NCBI RefSeq assembly: GCF_006345805.1 | Contig: NC_042997.1 | Span: 67,580,001 to 67,644,000 of the forward strand | From: Octopus sinensis | Taxonomy: Eukaryota | Reading direction: 5' to 3' | Length of the DNA: 64,000 nucleotides | Shown here: one piece after another, positions 63,891 to 64,000 of the stretch | Numbering within the stretch: the stretch's first letter is position 1 | How the letters are laid out: the number at the start of each line of letters is the position of its first letter | Made by a program: the position numbers and the translations under genes | Notes under the pieces: generated by a model | What the model was told of the DNA's origin: nothing | Seen by the model: only the letters and a program-made list of their open reading frames with translations | Database searches by the model: none

Positions 63891-64000
63891 CAGTCTTTTC
63901 TAAACCTCAGTTTGCGCCAACTGTTCACTATAAAAAGTTAGCTTCAACACTGTCTTTTTTTTTTCGGTTCTAGACCTTTTTAGGTCTAACCACTCACCAC

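Overview
AT-rich, intron- and transposon-rich eukaryotic DNA, most likely from an octopus. The basis for that inference is RTE LINEs with (ATG)n tails, tRNA-headed SINEs and very long (TA)n tracts. One host gene is clearly supported: Miro (RHOT, mitochondrial Rho GTPase) on the minus strand. Four coding exons are visible (43381-43342, 8745-8687, 5885-5804, 2769-2726) and splice to [75 protein letters not shown]. Intron 1 is about 34.6 kb, and the rest of the gene lies beyond the left edge. The remaining sequence is mostly mobile DNA: RTE and CR1-like LINE fragments, SINEs, three mariner elements, pogo/Tigger relics, TTAA-type MITEs, a Gypsy integrase fragment, and a 5'-truncated Helitron with an open PIF1-like helicase ORF and an intact 3' hairpin plus CTAG end. 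The most striking element is a near-identical 475-bp tandem-plus-inverted array at 56956-58687 between two (TA)n tracts. Its units carry a type I hammerhead ribozyme motif (three complete copies and one half copy), which resembles a non-LTR retrozyme or Penelope-type terminal-repeat array that could yield 475-nt self-cleaved or circular RNAs. Decayed hammerhead relics and long fold-back elements elsewhere in the window suggest a wider family. No CRISPR, rRNA or true tRNA genes were found. Everything was read by eye; no alignments, folding or database searches were run, and repeat boundaries are approximate unless TIRs or TSDs are stated.
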